This document shows, piece after piece, positions 13,200 through 26,228 of a stretch of 64,000 nucleotides of DNA. The DNA lies in contig CDRNST010000051.1 in the NCBI GenBank assembly GCA_977016875.1, positions 5,270,001-5,334,000 of the forward strand, written 5' to 3'. Every line of letters begins with the position of its first letter. Within the stretch, counting starts at the first letter, position 1. The notes below the pieces were generated by a model. The model made no database searches and was not told the origin of the DNA. It saw only the letters and a list, made by a program, of their open reading frames with translations. The position numbers and the translations under genes are program-made. This DNA comes from Pavona decussata (taxonomy: Eukaryota).

Positions 13200-13960
13200 T
13201 TCTTGGTCAACGATAAGTTTCATTTTGAAAGTTTATGATCAGAACATACACCTCCTCAGTCTCGAGAACCTTTAAGAGCAATTCATGCAGTTTACGCTTG
13301 AAAAAAAAAGTATTTTACGTAGCTCTCGTAGTTGAGGAGGAATTTTATTCCAAATTCTCATTCCAATTCTAGAAAGGGACAGCAGCTGTTGGTTGAGTCT
13401 TGAAAGTTGGACATGAAAATTACCCGATGCTGAAAATCTAGTGCGGTGAGAATGGATCTGGTCAGAACGAGTGAACAGTTCAGAGATTTTTGGAGGAGCA
13501 CAATGGCTAAAAATATCATGCATTAGAGTTGCAGTATGCTTATAATAGAGCATATTCAGAGGCAAAAGACCGGAACTGACAAACAGAGGGATGGCATGTG
13601 TTCTACTATCAGAAAAGTACATCAGGTGAAGGGCTCATTTTTGCAGCAGAAGAATTTTGTTTAGATGAGAAGCGGCAGCTTGTCCCCAGGCAGCTAATCC
13701 ATAAGAGATGTAAGGTTCAATTAAGGAACGATGGATTCTTAAAAGGGTACTTGTAGGCAGAAAATGCCTAAGCCTCGAAATAATCCCAACACCTTGACTT
13801 ATTTTTGATGAAATATAGTCTATGTGGTATCTCCAGGAGAGGTAACTGTCAACCAGAATACTTAAATATTTCACGTAGTTTTTACGTTCGAGAGAAGTCA
13901 TTTTCTTTAAGTCGTTATCATATTAATACAGGGAACAAGAATTGTAAAAGGCTGATTCTA
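13200..13960 (-). mobile_element. CR1/L2-type LINE 3' RT fragment
   Basis: YVKYLSILVDSYLSWRYHIDYI...SLIEPYISYGLAAWG and RIWNKIP motifs in ORFs 13635..13901 and 13272..13622. Confidence 0.85.
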
Positions 13961-14306
13961 TTGGGAAATTATATATTTTTTTAACAAAGTAGGCAGCCTA
14001 AAGAGTGATAGGCATAGCTTTGCGCAAATACAGTAAAGATTCATACCGGAAAAGAGGTACGCAGCAAAACCTGGGAAGGGTCTCTCCAGCCAAGTAAAGC
14101 ACACATCCAACGCACTCTGTTTAAAGAAGGCATCTTGCTTGGTGCCTTCAGACCACAAGTCAAAGACTTCACTACTCTTCTCATTTTCAGTAACCTGGGC
14201 AATGACGTAGCACCCGTAAAGAGAAATGCCTCTCTTTCCATACCAATCCCTTTGGATCTCTCTGGTTCTCTTTCCTAATTCAAGTTTCATCTTATAGTCA
14301 ATGATT

Positions 14307-14675
14307 TTTTTTTTTATTTGCCTTACAGACATATATTAAATGTTTACAGTACTAAACACTACTGATACTAAATACTGCTAACAATATTCACTATACTTGC
14401 ACTATTTACAATATTAGCTATACTATCAATACCATCCATACAATGCTCATACTACTAATAAGTACAATGCTTACACTACTTACAATTCTAATTTATCACA
14501 CACACACACACACACACACCCACATAAACACCAAAAAAAGGGGGAAATAACGTAAGACGTAACCAATTCTTTAAGACTTCGTTGATAAAATGATAATTAA
14601 ATAAAGAATTGAAATGCTATAGAATAGGCATGAAAAATAACTCCTCTGACTTGATCAATGGAACTTATTACGTCG
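14307..14675 (-). mobile_element. 5'-truncated L1/Tx1-like 3' tail with 14-bp TSD
   Basis: tatagtcaatgatt duplicated at 14293-14306 and 14676-14689; A-tail and AATAAA on the minus strand at the left end; internal (CA)n. Removing it restores Sola3 ECVIIIDYKMK. Confidence 0.8.
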
Positions 14676-16199
14676 TATAGTCAATGATTATAACACACTC
14701 TCCAGTACAAACTTGTAGTATTCACCCTGGTGTTTCGTACGCAGCAAGTGTGACAAGTAGTCACAGTGAGTGTAGTACAATTCTGCCAATCTTGACTTAA
14801 GCTCTGTTTTTCTGGAAGTGATTCAATCTCTTCCAATAGAGAGCTGTGTGTAGCATAGAAGGGTGAAAAATCTGTACCCATTGCCTTATGATCTTCTGTG
14901 CAGGAATCAAATGCATGTGACATGCAGAGTTCAAGTCATGGTGAATGCTGGTGTGCCAGTTTAGAAAACTTGGTTTTCAAAAATTTCTGATAAGTTCGCA
15001 CATCTTTGATCAGGGCTGATCCATTTAGGCCAGGGCACACTGAAGAAACCTCCTCAATAAATGTACACAGCTCATCAAAATAAGTGTGGCCAAAATCATC
15101 ACAAAGGTTACATAAACCTGCAAGCATTGTGTCTGTAAGAAAATTGGCAGGCAAGAGTGTATAGATGTAAGTTCTCTTGACTCCATTGGGAAACTCAAGA
15201 AGATACTGGTCCACAAGTCCCTTAATTGTATCTTGGCAGTATCTGACTGCTGTCTCTTCGGCCCTGACCAAAACACTATGGCATGATGATGGTGTGACAC
15301 ATCATCTCGATAGAAAAATCCTGTCAGTTCCATGAGTACTTTAGCACTGACACATTGGCGTGTGAACTTATAGTTGTCCGACGGAACGCCGCCACGACCA
15401 AATAGTATACAGCTAACTCTTGCAGCTGTTATACTTTTTGACGAACAACAGAAATATCGCTGCAATGTGGAATATGAGAAATCCATGGCAACAAGTGACA
15501 GAAGTCGCCTTTTCTCATCTGGATAGCTTTGTATCCTGCCCAGATCTTGAGCTGCCTCAACGCGTGATTTAAAAATATCTGACGTCACACCACTGAAAGA
15601 TATTTTACTCCCCTTCAAAGTGCTGCTAATCAGTACTCTTTGTTTCTGCTTTGCCAGTTCAAACGGATGGCTTGTTTTCAGCTTTGTCTTTGCAGCTTTG
15701 GTAATCTGCTGCAAGTTTGCGTAGGAAAAAGATCGTCAGTGTCAGACTTAGTGTGGATAATGTCTCCAAATGTTCCTTTCCATTTTCCACTGACAACCAA
15801 ATCACTTATAAAATTAGGAATGTCCTCACCCTTGAAGTGCACAAATTTTTTGGCAGAATCTGCAAGAAGGTCAATTGTCTTAGACCTCATGACTTGCTGT
15901 GTTCTCTTTCTAGCTTTCCTGTATGGTCTCAACGGCAGATCTGGAACCTGGACTTGTTTGGAAGATGAAGGCGCCTTACATGCATTTGGACTGTTCATAA
16001 TCAAGGTGTTGTTCATTTCAATGTCACATGAATCCAATGACGAATTGCCAACATTGGAATAATCGTCAAAATTATTGTCAGAGGCCAAGTCATACAGGCA
16101 AACAAAATCGTATTGAGCTCAGTGAATGTGATATTTGTTTATGGGATATAAAGATTGATGTTCATAGAAAAAATCAGCGAAATCGGTGAAAAGACAATT

Positions 16200-19157
16200 T
16201 TTTTTAAAAATTTTTATTCTGCGTTATGTTACAATGTTACAAGTACTAACACTAATGACATTACTGTTACAATTACATCAGTTCACAACTCTACACCTGG
16301 ACTGCCGGTACGGTTACAGTATGGCGCATTAAGCACCATTTACTACAAAACACATACAAACTTTTACATTTTCATTACTTCTGTACTTTATTATTAATAA
16401 ACAAAGTATAATCTTACATATCCAAAGAATTATTATACATTATACTAGAATAGATAATTCTAAATGAGTCTTAATACACATTTTTACTTCTAAGATCTAT
16501 TTTAACCGTCTTTTTGTCTAATTTCATATAATTTAATTCTGCTTATCTTTGGTGAAAGAGAGAAATAACAAGCATAAAAACCAAAGTTAATTATACTGCT
16601 TATATAAACAAGATATTCTGTAGTGTAAGGCTAACCGTAGATAGAAGAAGATGGTAACGCAACACGATACTTAAACGTGGCTATGTAGCATTAAAGGAAA
16701 AATTGCCATTTTTTAAAGAATGCACTAGTTTTTTTTGCTTGTACTGCTATATATCTCTCCAGATCAATTTTTCCTGCACCAAGTCTCTCCGCGAAATGAA
16801 GTCTAGCTCCATTAATTGCACATTTGTACAGAAAATATTTTCCAAGAAGAACGAGATGGTTGAGGGTTAAACACAAAGTAAAATTGTGTACCAGACCATA
16901 TATAATATTGTTTTTTGTTAGGGTAGCTGTCGTCTTACAACGGTAGTTGTACCAAACCAAAAATTCAGACCAGAAGGCTTGGGCCTGGGGGCATCTGATG
17001 AACAAATGCAACATTGTTTGATCGGTATTAATACAAAAGGGACACTCCGCCGCCTTAGTCTTCTTCATTTTATACAATAGGCTATTGGTGCAAAGTATAT
17101 TGTGGATAATCTTGTACTGAAAAATCGCTAATTTGATTTCATCTTGATCATTTCCCACAAAAGCCCTTTGTTTTCAAGTTCTTGATATTTTTTAACATAT
17201 TCAGGAATGTTTTTGTTGTTGTGAGTTCAACATAGGTTTTGTCAGCCAATAGCGAGTTATTAAATTTCCAGAAACCCGGGCTGCGCTGTGCTTGTTCGTC
17301 TTCAGCACCTATCAGTACGTTGAGCGCCGAATGATCTGAGAATATGTTCGGCATTATTTTGATATCGGCGATAGGTCGCTCGAAATTTTTGGATAGAAAC
17401 AGATAGTCCAACCTGCACTGAATTTTCATAGAAGGGTTACTCCATGTAAAACCTGGAAGATTCTGATTTTTTAGTCTCCACGTGTACACAAGATCATGTG
17501 TAAATAAAAGAGTATTCAATTCATTGATAACATTTTTTTTTATGCTCCAGGGAGCGTCCACCATGTTTGTCAAGGTCATTTAGGCACAGTTGAAATCCCC
17601 AGCTAGCACTATTCTTTCATTTGCATATTGATTAATAATGGACTGTGATAAGTCCCTCAGGAAATGAACCTGAAGTGTTGTGTCGTTTGGGGCGTAAATA
17701 TTCCAAAACACTATTTTTGTTTCACCCAAAGTTGCCTCAGCTACGATGTATCCGTCATTTTTATCGGAGATAATGTTTTCGATGGTTACGTCAAGTCTTG
17801 GCTTAAACATTATCATAACGCCGCGACTATGGGTAGAGCCGTGACTAGCACATATTTTCCCGCCCCATACATTTTCCCAGATTTTGATCGTTTGTGTTGA
17901 CAAGTACGTTTCTTGGAGGAAAATTACCTCAGCGTTTTGTTGGTGCAGCCATCTAAATAGCTGTCTTTGTTTGCATGATTTGTTTAAACCTGTGACATTC
18001 AGAGTGCTAACTTTGAGATCCATCTAGACTTAGGTTGTCAAGCAACATTTGATAATTTGATTCAATCCGCGGACTTGAAAACCTTGGCAGAAATAAATAA
18101 AGAACAAACGAAAAATTAAATATTTCTGGACGGTTTCGTAGGTGAGACATGAACAAGGCAAACATGATAATTAAAAGGTAAGCAGAACTAGGTATGGTAG
18201 TGGAATATAATGTTGCGAGGAGGATGTATAAGAAAACGGTTAGACATTGATGAATCTTGAAATCTCTACACAAATACATAGCTACTAGACCTAAACTTAT
18301 CTATCGGCACACTTTCCTGGCTGGCACGGGGGGCAAAAGTACCTGAAAGGACTTGACCATGACTTGCTAGTTCAATTAAATTGTAGGGTTACCACGTTCC
18401 ATAAGGCGACCGTAGATCGGAAAACTCTTTGTTTCAGGGCCTCGATAAACAACGCCATCAATTATAAGTTTCTCCACATTGAAGAATGCAGTTTTCTGCT
18501 CGCTCCTGGCATTTTTTAGAACTGGTTGGAGGTCTTTCCTGATTTCATCGACCTCCAGAGGAAAGTCGTCAGCTACTCCGAACTTTGCGCCTTTTTGTAG
18601 ATTTTTGATTTGGGACTTGATAAATTCTTTATCTTGAAAGAATGACACTTTCGCTATAATAGGTCTTGGGTAAGGTTTTTTGTCAGCGAGCGGCCTTGTT
18701 GGTATCCTATGCACTTGTAGCATTCTTGTTTTATTTGGTGTTGCTCAAGCTCATTAAGCTTAGCAAGTTTTTTGTTTGCGTCCTGCAAGCTAGCGGTAGT
18801 CAACTCAAGCTGAACTTTTAACTCTTTCACTTCATTCTGCGTAAATTCAAGGCTGTCTGTCATAATCTGTTTTTCTTCCTCCACTTTCTTAAGGAGGACC
18901 TTGTCCAATTTTTCTTCGATATGTTTGAGTCTTTCGGCGCACGGGGTAGCGCCATCTTGTTGTTCTTCATCGTTAGTTTGCGGACTTCTTTGTTGCCTAT
19001 TTCTTTTCTAAGGGTTATCTTTTGTAGCGGGAGTATTTAGTTCTTCAGCAGCCGCCTCAGAACTCATGGTTACGGATAGTTTGTCAACTCCAAGAACGAT
19101 TTTAGGAAGGCATGGTCGGAGCGCAAAAAAACACGTCCGCCATCTTCGCTACGTCCC
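16200..19157 (-). mobile_element. L1/Tx1-clade LINE with ORF1, APE endonuclease and C-terminal zinc knuckle; RT internally deleted
   Basis: 5' end gggacgtagcgaagatggcggac; ORF1 about 19067-18376 (coiled coil, VHRI, PRPIIAK); ORF2 endonuclease 18023-17148 (FLQETY, NIYAPN, AGDFN, RLDY, SDH); C-terminus FQYKIIH...CPFC...HLFIRC; AT-rich 3' UTR. Confidence 0.9.
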
Positions 19158-19235
19158 AGAAATTTGCCTTATCCGTTCTTATGCGGACTGCCTCTTAAGA
19201 GATCTTCCTTGATACACCTGACTGGAATTAAACAC

Positions 19236-19385
19236 AATAGTAATCTTTAATAGTAATAGTAATCTTTATTTGTGCTTTTTTCGGTGTACATAGTTGATCC
19301 TTACAATCTTGTGGAGGTGATATTTCGAATTTAATTAATCATTAGTTAAAATGATGTGCAAGCAAGGAAGCTAAATGAACCACTG
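19236..19385 (-). mobile_element. Short LINE 3' tail, same family as 53700-54460
   Basis: ttacaatcttgt...tgtgcaagcaaggaagctaaatgaacca shared with about 53757-53838; short tandem tail (aatagt). Confidence 0.7.
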
Positions 19386-20190
19386 GTGTTGAATTTGACC
19401 TTGGGTTGACCACCACCAAGTGAAAAATGTAAAAAGGTGGGACTGTTCCATTGCTGCTCCTCGTCCTTAGACAGCTTTCTAGCAACACCTCAATCCCGCA
19501 TATCTTGCATCTGCTTATGGTATGTTACAGCCCACTGCTCATTCTTACTGATGGTTTGCTCTATTTTCCTGAGGGTGGCTAAGGCCGCATGATAATTTTT
19601 GGGTAAGGTTGATGGATCCACCAACTAAGGGTAGCGTGTTATCCAGCACTGATTCTCCTTATTATAGACTAAATTCTCTAGAATCAACTCCTGCTCCTCC
19701 TTGAATGAGTAGCTGTGACCAACAGTTGGACACTTCCCACAATGACATCCACCACACTGTGGAGTGATTTCAGTTCCTGTCTTCTCCATAATGAAATTTT
19801 CATACCTGTTGTCCCAGATTTCTGCTGGCAAAGGGTTCTGCCACATTTGTCTGTACTCTGAAACTTGCATGCTTCTCCCACTTTACAGGGTCAACAAAAT
19901 CTTGCTGAGATTTAGGGTGTGTCAACACGTACATGGCAGGCCTTGTACTTGATTTCTGTGTTGTGAATCGTCTTCACAAGATTTGAGTCATACACAGTTT
20001 CTTCCTTAAGGTCAGGATGGACACCTTGAAGGCAGGCTCCAAATTCTCCGTTCATGATACTTAGATTCTATCCACACTTTGCCTCCATATGCTTTGGAAA
20101 TAAACTGAAGTAGTCATAACCCAGAAGAATGTCTACCCAGTTTGTCCATCCTTGCAGAGACTCTGGGTCATAGCCAGGAAACGTGGTTGT
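19385..20190 (-). mobile_element. BEL/Pao LTR retrotransposon internal fragment
   Basis: PQCGGCHCGKC...SFKEEQEL...WITRYP*LVDPSTLPKNY is typical of the BEL region between protease and RT. Confidence 0.7.
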
Positions 20191-21426
20191 CAAAAGCTTG
20201 AATTTCGATGACACAGAAAATGGCACGTAAAGCATAGTGATTGACTATGGTCTTTTAACATAAATCTCGATATCATTCTAATGAAATACAAGACTTTTAC
20301 TAACACAAGCTTGGAAAGGAATGGGTACTGAAAACAAAAAAAATCCAAGATCGTGGACAGTAGTGAGACCAACGCGAAGGAAATTTGCAAGGCAATAAAA
20401 AATGCAATAAGTCTGCAGAAATCGTCATTTGAACGAAAAATTTCAAGTAGATTGAAGCTCAAAGAGCTGGATCAAACCCTTCATGAGCGAAACTGGCTGG
20501 CTGAGAATATTGTTGAAGGAAATTTAGGATCTCTTCGTAACAGATCCAAGTACAAGCTCGCCCCAATTTATCCAATGCTGGAAAGGATCATGATTAAGAT
20601 GACAAGTTCCATAAACAAGGGCCTGTCTCTGAGAATGAGCAAGCTACATCCAGTGGAAGTTTTTAATCTTCTTTACAAAAAAATCATAATTCGTACTAGA
20701 TATGGAATTGAGGTGGATGAGCATGCTAATTCAGTGACAATAACTTTCAAAAATGATCTCACTTGGAATAATTTATTGACTGCAACGTTGTTCATCATCT
20801 TGGTAAAATTCTTCCCTTGGATAGAAAGGTTGCAGTTGTCCCTCTTATTTCATCTTATTGGCTTGAGCCCAATAATCCTCCAAAGCCGCCCGACAGTGCC
20901 TTTCCACTTCTTTTACTGACGCCTTGCCCTTATTCCCCACTACTTGCTGTACAACAGTTTTGTACTTGTCTTGGTCAATGATTTTTAGCTTGCATGGACC
21001 TATGTAGTCTTTCAGAGTATTTCGAGGCACACCATACTCCTTCATGGCCTTGGCGAGGGAGCATCGCTTCTGTGTCCAGATATTTAACACACCCTCATAC
21101 CTCTTATTGATTCCACCAAGATTAACGCCGTTAATCAATCCTAAGAGACAGCATAATCGAAACTCAGATAAATGGAGGAAAACATTCTCTGCTTGTGGGT
21201 TTCATTCTTATAACAATACATAAAGCTGGGTTTGTTCCTGATTAATTACAAAATTCTCTGTACAAAAAAAAGGTGAAAGTGGTTTCTCATATTGGTTTAA
21301 TCTTAATGTTTGATTTAAAGTGCACCTAACAGCAAATCTTTTTATTCGGCGAAATAAATCTACTTTCTTTCTAAACTGTTCCAGTGAAAAATTTTTTTGA
21401 ATTGGTTGAATCCTCGATTTTCTATG

Positions 21427-22084
21427 CACTTTTGAAGTTGGGACTGTGTTGTTGCACCACCGTGTTTTAGGAAGCCTGGGACGAGCGATGGTTATGACGT
21501 CACGCCAGGGACCACGCGATATTGATTGCGTCTCTTTTTCGGTTTATTTCTTTGCGATTTACTCCACATAGTCCGTTTCAGAATGTGTTTGTCTCCTTCT
21601 CTACGGTTATTAGAAGAGTCCAAGGAGCCCGAGGAGTCCGAAGAGTCTGAGGAGATCGAGGAGGATTTAGAAGATTTGGATGACTCCGCAATGAATTACA
21701 TCTCCGAAATCGAAATGGACGCTTATCGACAAGAAGCTTCAGCAAGCGCAAACCCACTTTTGAAGTTGGGACTGTGTTGTTGCACCACCGTGTTTTAGGA
21801 AGCCTGGGACGAGCGATGGTTATGACGTCACGCCAGGGACCACGCGATATCGATTGCGTCTCTTTTTCGGTTTATTTCTTTGCGATTTACTCCACATAGT
21901 CCGTTTCAGAATGTGTTTGTCTCCTTCTCTACGGTTATTAGAAGAGTCCAAGGAGCCCGAGGAGTCCGAAGAGTCTGAGGAGATCGAGGAGGATTTGGAA
22001 GATTCGGATGACTCCGAAATGAATTACATCTCCGAAATCGAAATGGACGCTTATCGACAAGAAGCTTCAGCAAGCGCAAACCCA
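21427..22084 (+). repeat. Tandem duplication of a 328-bp unit encoding an acidic N-terminus (possibly a Kolobok second gene, KolX/P2X7-like)
   Basis: Near-identical units start at 21427 and 21755; the second continues to DEPRADPEWTARY. Confidence 0.85.
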
Positions 22085-22189
22085 TTTGATAACAGCTACC
22101 TCGAAGAAGACCTGTTTTAATACGGATGAGCCGCGTGCCGACCCGGAATGGACAGCCAGATACGAAACACTTTATATCGTTTCATCAGC

Positions 22190-23390
22190 AGTACTTCTTT
22201 TTCTAAACACTACAAGTGTTAAGCTTTCGAAAGAGACCAAAATGAAACCATTTGGACAGGAATTCACAGAGATATGAATTTTCGAGTGTGATAGTTCTGT
22301 TTGTTGTGAATAAATTTTAAGTTCGCGAGATGCAGACACAAACAGCGCGCTTGGCGATTTCTTTTACAATTTTCATTCTACTTTACTAACACTGTTTGAT
22401 CTGTATACTAGAACATTTCAGTTAATTGCTGGATGCCTTAATTTTACTGTTCGAAACGAATGGAAGTCAAAATGATTTATGAAGTATTAAGCTTAAGTGG
22501 AAAATTCGCCTGCAGCGACATTTCCTCTGATGTTTTGAAGCTTAAAAACGTTTTTTTTAATACTGCATACAGCAATACATCCTTTTCTAAATACTACAAT
22601 TGTTCAGCTTTCGAAAGAGACCAAAATGAAACTATTTGGACACGAATTCGCAGATATGAATTTTTTCGAGTGTGATAGTTCTGTTTGTTGTGAGTTAATT
22701 TTGCGTTGGTGAGGGACGGACACACAAAGCGCGCTCTGCGATTTCTTTTACAATTTCGATTCTAATTCGCTAAGACTGTTTGATCTGTATACTAGAACAG
22801 TTAAGTTATTTACTGGGTGATTTCTTTTTATTCGGCGAAAGGAATTGAAGTCAAAATAATATTTTAAAGTTACCAAGTCCCTAAGCACTTTCGAAAAATT
22901 CCCCCATTGTGACATTTCCTCTCGTGTTTACAAGGTTAAAAGCAGTTTTCTTTTATAAATCGCATCAGGAGTGTTCCTCTTTCTATCCAGTACATGTCTT
23001 AAAATTTTCGAAAGAGACCAAAATGAAACCATTTGAACTCGAATTCGAAGAGATATGAATTTTTGAGTATGATAATTCTGTTTGTTGTGAATTAATTTTC
23101 CCTTAGCGAGGCGCGGACACAAACAACGTGCTCGGCGATTTCTGTTATAATTCCGATTCTACTACTGATCTGAATACTAGAACAATTTAGTTAATTGCTG
23201 AATGCTTTCTTTTTTCTCTGCCAAGCGAATTGAAGTCAAAATAATTTTTCAAGGTTATGAAGTCTTTAAGCGCTTTCGAAAAATTCGCACGCAACGACAT
23301 TTCCTCTGATGTTTTGAAGCTTAAAAACGTTTTTTTTTAAATATATAGCGCATCAGCAATACATCTTTTTCTAAAAACTACAAGTGTTTT
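22190..23390. repeat. About 3 diverged tandem copies of a ~390-bp unit (DNA-transposon internal repeat)
   Basis: ttcgaaagagaccaaaatgaa and tgatctg(t/a)atactagaaca recur, with units anchored near 22225, 22610 and 23007. Confidence 0.8.
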
Positions 23391-23789
23391 AATGTGGGTC
23401 GGTTCATAACATGCATAAACAAACAGACCTTTTAATTTCATGTGACGCGTCCTTTTTGTGTGAAACAACTGTGGATTGCAAGCGTTTTTGAGCATCCGAA
23501 TGCAATGCGAGCTATCCGAAAGTAGTGGCCCCTTTTGACACTCGCCCGCTTCTTGACTGACAATCGACCGAGATATTGACCGTCAGTTGACCGACATATC
23601 GACCGTTACCATCGATCGAGGCCCCATATAAGACACAAGTACCGGTTTGGCAAGACTATTTTCAGTTAAGTGGTACATGGAGAAAATTGCTGCACAGTCC
23701 TTGACTTAAATACCCATGAAAACAATTGTTTCCATGTGATGACGTCACACTGGTAGTGACGAGTCAGTCACACATGAATACTGGAAAAC

Positions 23790-24350
23790 AAGTAGCTAAG
23801 TAAGTTAGTAACTTTATTTACCCACATATCACATATGGGCAAAAAGCTCGTTTCAATGCAAATGTGCTTTGTAACTTAAGTTAAGATATTACAAATGTGG
23901 TTTTTACAATTAAATGATAAAAATAAAGAAATTAGTAATCGAAATTAATAAAATAAAATTAAAATAAGAAATTGAATAAGAAATAGATGAGTAGAAATAT
24001 GAGTCTATCTATTTACCGAAATCACAGTTTCAGTCACGTGAGGACGATAATGGCATTCTATGTAACTTCCCCTAAATTCAGAAAGAGTCTGCTGTTGTAA
24101 TGTTGTCCATCCTTTGTCGCATGCGTAAACTTATGCCGCTAGAAACAATGATTAGACTTGACAAAGCCTTCATCTTGCCCCATTTGGAATATGCATCTCT
24201 GCTCCTTATTGGTTAGACCAAAGGCCTTACTGATAAACTCGAATCAACAAATGCATTCGTGCTCAGGACGTTGCTTAATTTTAGCAAATCCACTCCGTTT
24301 GAAGATCAATTGAAAATTACCTGTATTAAGAACCTAGCATGTTGCTGCAT
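23790..24350. mobile_element. LINE remnants: minus-strand 3' tail plus a plus-strand RT C-terminal piece
   Basis: Tail-like aagtaagttagtaactttatt; the plus frame near 24120-24280 reads RKLMPLETMIRLDKAFILPHLEY. Confidence 0.55.
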
Positions 24351-25748
24351 TAAGCAGGATACACTCCCTCCTTATAACGTTGTTTTTCTAAAAATTCTTG
24401 TAGGTACCACGGGTACTGAGTGGTATGGGGTGTCATTTCCTTGTTTCAGGGATTCTGATTCTTTCATATCAAGAGAACTAACCCAGAACTTCAAGAATGA
24501 ATGTCAGATCTTTAGTCTTTATTGATCGTATCAGAAAATGCTCGCAAGGAGTCTAGTGACTGGAGTTGTTTGGTTTTGCCCTGTAGCTGTCCAATGATCT
24601 GTGTGGCAATTGTTCCGGATTTAGGTGGTGAACACACCAGCTCCGAGATACTTGAAGTGTAGGAACATTATCAGGGGGTGTTGGGAGGGAGCAGGGAAGA
24701 GTAGTTCCAATGTCGTGTAAGCTTCATGAAGGTTTCTCACCATTCTTCGATTTTAGCTGCATTCTTTTGATAGTGGAGCATGATTTTTTTTGAGTTCAAC
24801 GAATCTTTTCCACAGTCGTAAGATAGTAATTCCTGTTGAGAGAGCCTTTTAGATATCTTTTGGAGAACCAAAGCTCACATTGAAGCAAGGTTCAGTTGAG
24901 AAGTGTACATTAGTAACAAAATGAGAGGCAAGTTCCTTCTGTGCCCTTAACTTATGTATGTGGCATGTTGGCCAACTCCATTAGTAAAAAAAACTTAAAC
25001 GGAGAGGATCATTTGCTGAGAATGGGCGACTGACCTCTTTTTTTTTTTTTACATATGTGCATCAGCTCGTGAAGGTTATTGATGGGCTGGTTCTAATGCA
25101 CTTCAATGCAAATCTTTGTAGAATGTGAGATTTCCAGTGTTATATCTTAGTACGCACAGACATGTTCTAGCCATGGTCTCTATTTGCAATACTTGGCTTC
25201 TTCCAATAGTATGGGGCAACAATGTTTTCATCTGAAATCCCAAGGCCTTAATAATTAATACCTTCAACAACTGCAGATTGTGTTGATATCACGAGCTGTA
25301 CAGATGCTGGGTATGGAAAAAAAGCTGACTCAACAGTGTCCAATCAGGTTAACATTATTTGCTGCACAGTCTTGTCTAACCTTTCTCCATATTTGCAGAA
25401 GATATGAGCCTGGGATATCTCATCAATTAAATCAATGATATCAATGGGTAATCGATGAATATTCAATAGGCCACAAAATTTTCAGTCACTGATTAGTCAT
25501 CGATTAGAGTGATAACTTAGTAAATAAACCCCTTCAGGCACCTGGATGTCACTTGATAATGTCTGTGGCTAAGAGATTGTCCACAAAATGAATATTTACG
25601 TGAAGCTTCGAGGGCAAATGGGAAATTTTGAGGAAAATCTCTCAGCCAAGGACATTATCAGCCGACATACCAGTAAGCCAGAAAGGGGTTAATTTATTTT
25701 ATAACCCTCCCATTTATTTTCATATTGTGCAAAAACTTCTGGTAAAAA

Positions 25749-26228
25749 GGCCTGTGTTGATCTCATGGCGGATGCCCGTGATTGATGTAAACAAGTACAT
25801 TTGATTGGTTTACAGTAACTTTATTTTTACTGTGATGGACCAAAACTTGAGAAACTGTCATGTCAGAAACTCTCGCAGTGCCCCTTAGGTAAACCCTGAA
25901 AAATTCAATCCCTGCTGTGCAAGATCTTTCAGCGATGCATCTAGTGCTTTGTTTGCTGGTTTGAAAACTTCTTCCCAAGTAATAGAGCTTTTTTTAAGGG
26001 GAAGCAGAGCAAAATCTTTCTTGACCGGAATGAATGGCTTTCATAATGTTGTGGCTGTATGGTTTTCCTTCCAGGTTTCTGGCTTCTACGTAAAAAAAAA
26101 AAACAACAGCAACAACAACATGGTTGACAGTTCTGCCAGCTCCATGTTTTTCAACTGCGCTTGGGATTTTATCTCTTTCCTCCATGCTAAAGTCGGACGA
26201 GAATGGTTGGTATATTTTATAGTTAGTA
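25749..26228 (-). mobile_element. Crypton (DUF3504/tyrosine recombinase) fragment; paralogue of 55320-55808
   Basis: FYVEARNLEGKPYSHNIMKAIHSG...FKPANKALDASLK; high nucleotide similarity to 55320-55808. Confidence 0.75.

Larger units (their letters stand above)
14040..19194 (-). mobile_element. Sola3-like DNA transposon (5' part), interrupted by two L1-type insertions
   Basis: Coding 16088 to about 14045, frameshifted; motif IIDYKMK...REIQRDWYGKRGISLYG...KQD. Terminus TTAA|GAGGCAGTCCGC on the minus strand (TTAA at 19195-19198). Confidence 0.65.

Noticed and set aside
22190-23390. Recurring motifs as a possible CRISPR array
   Set aside because: The whole ~390-bp units are homologous, there are no unique spacers or cas genes, and the context is eukaryotic.
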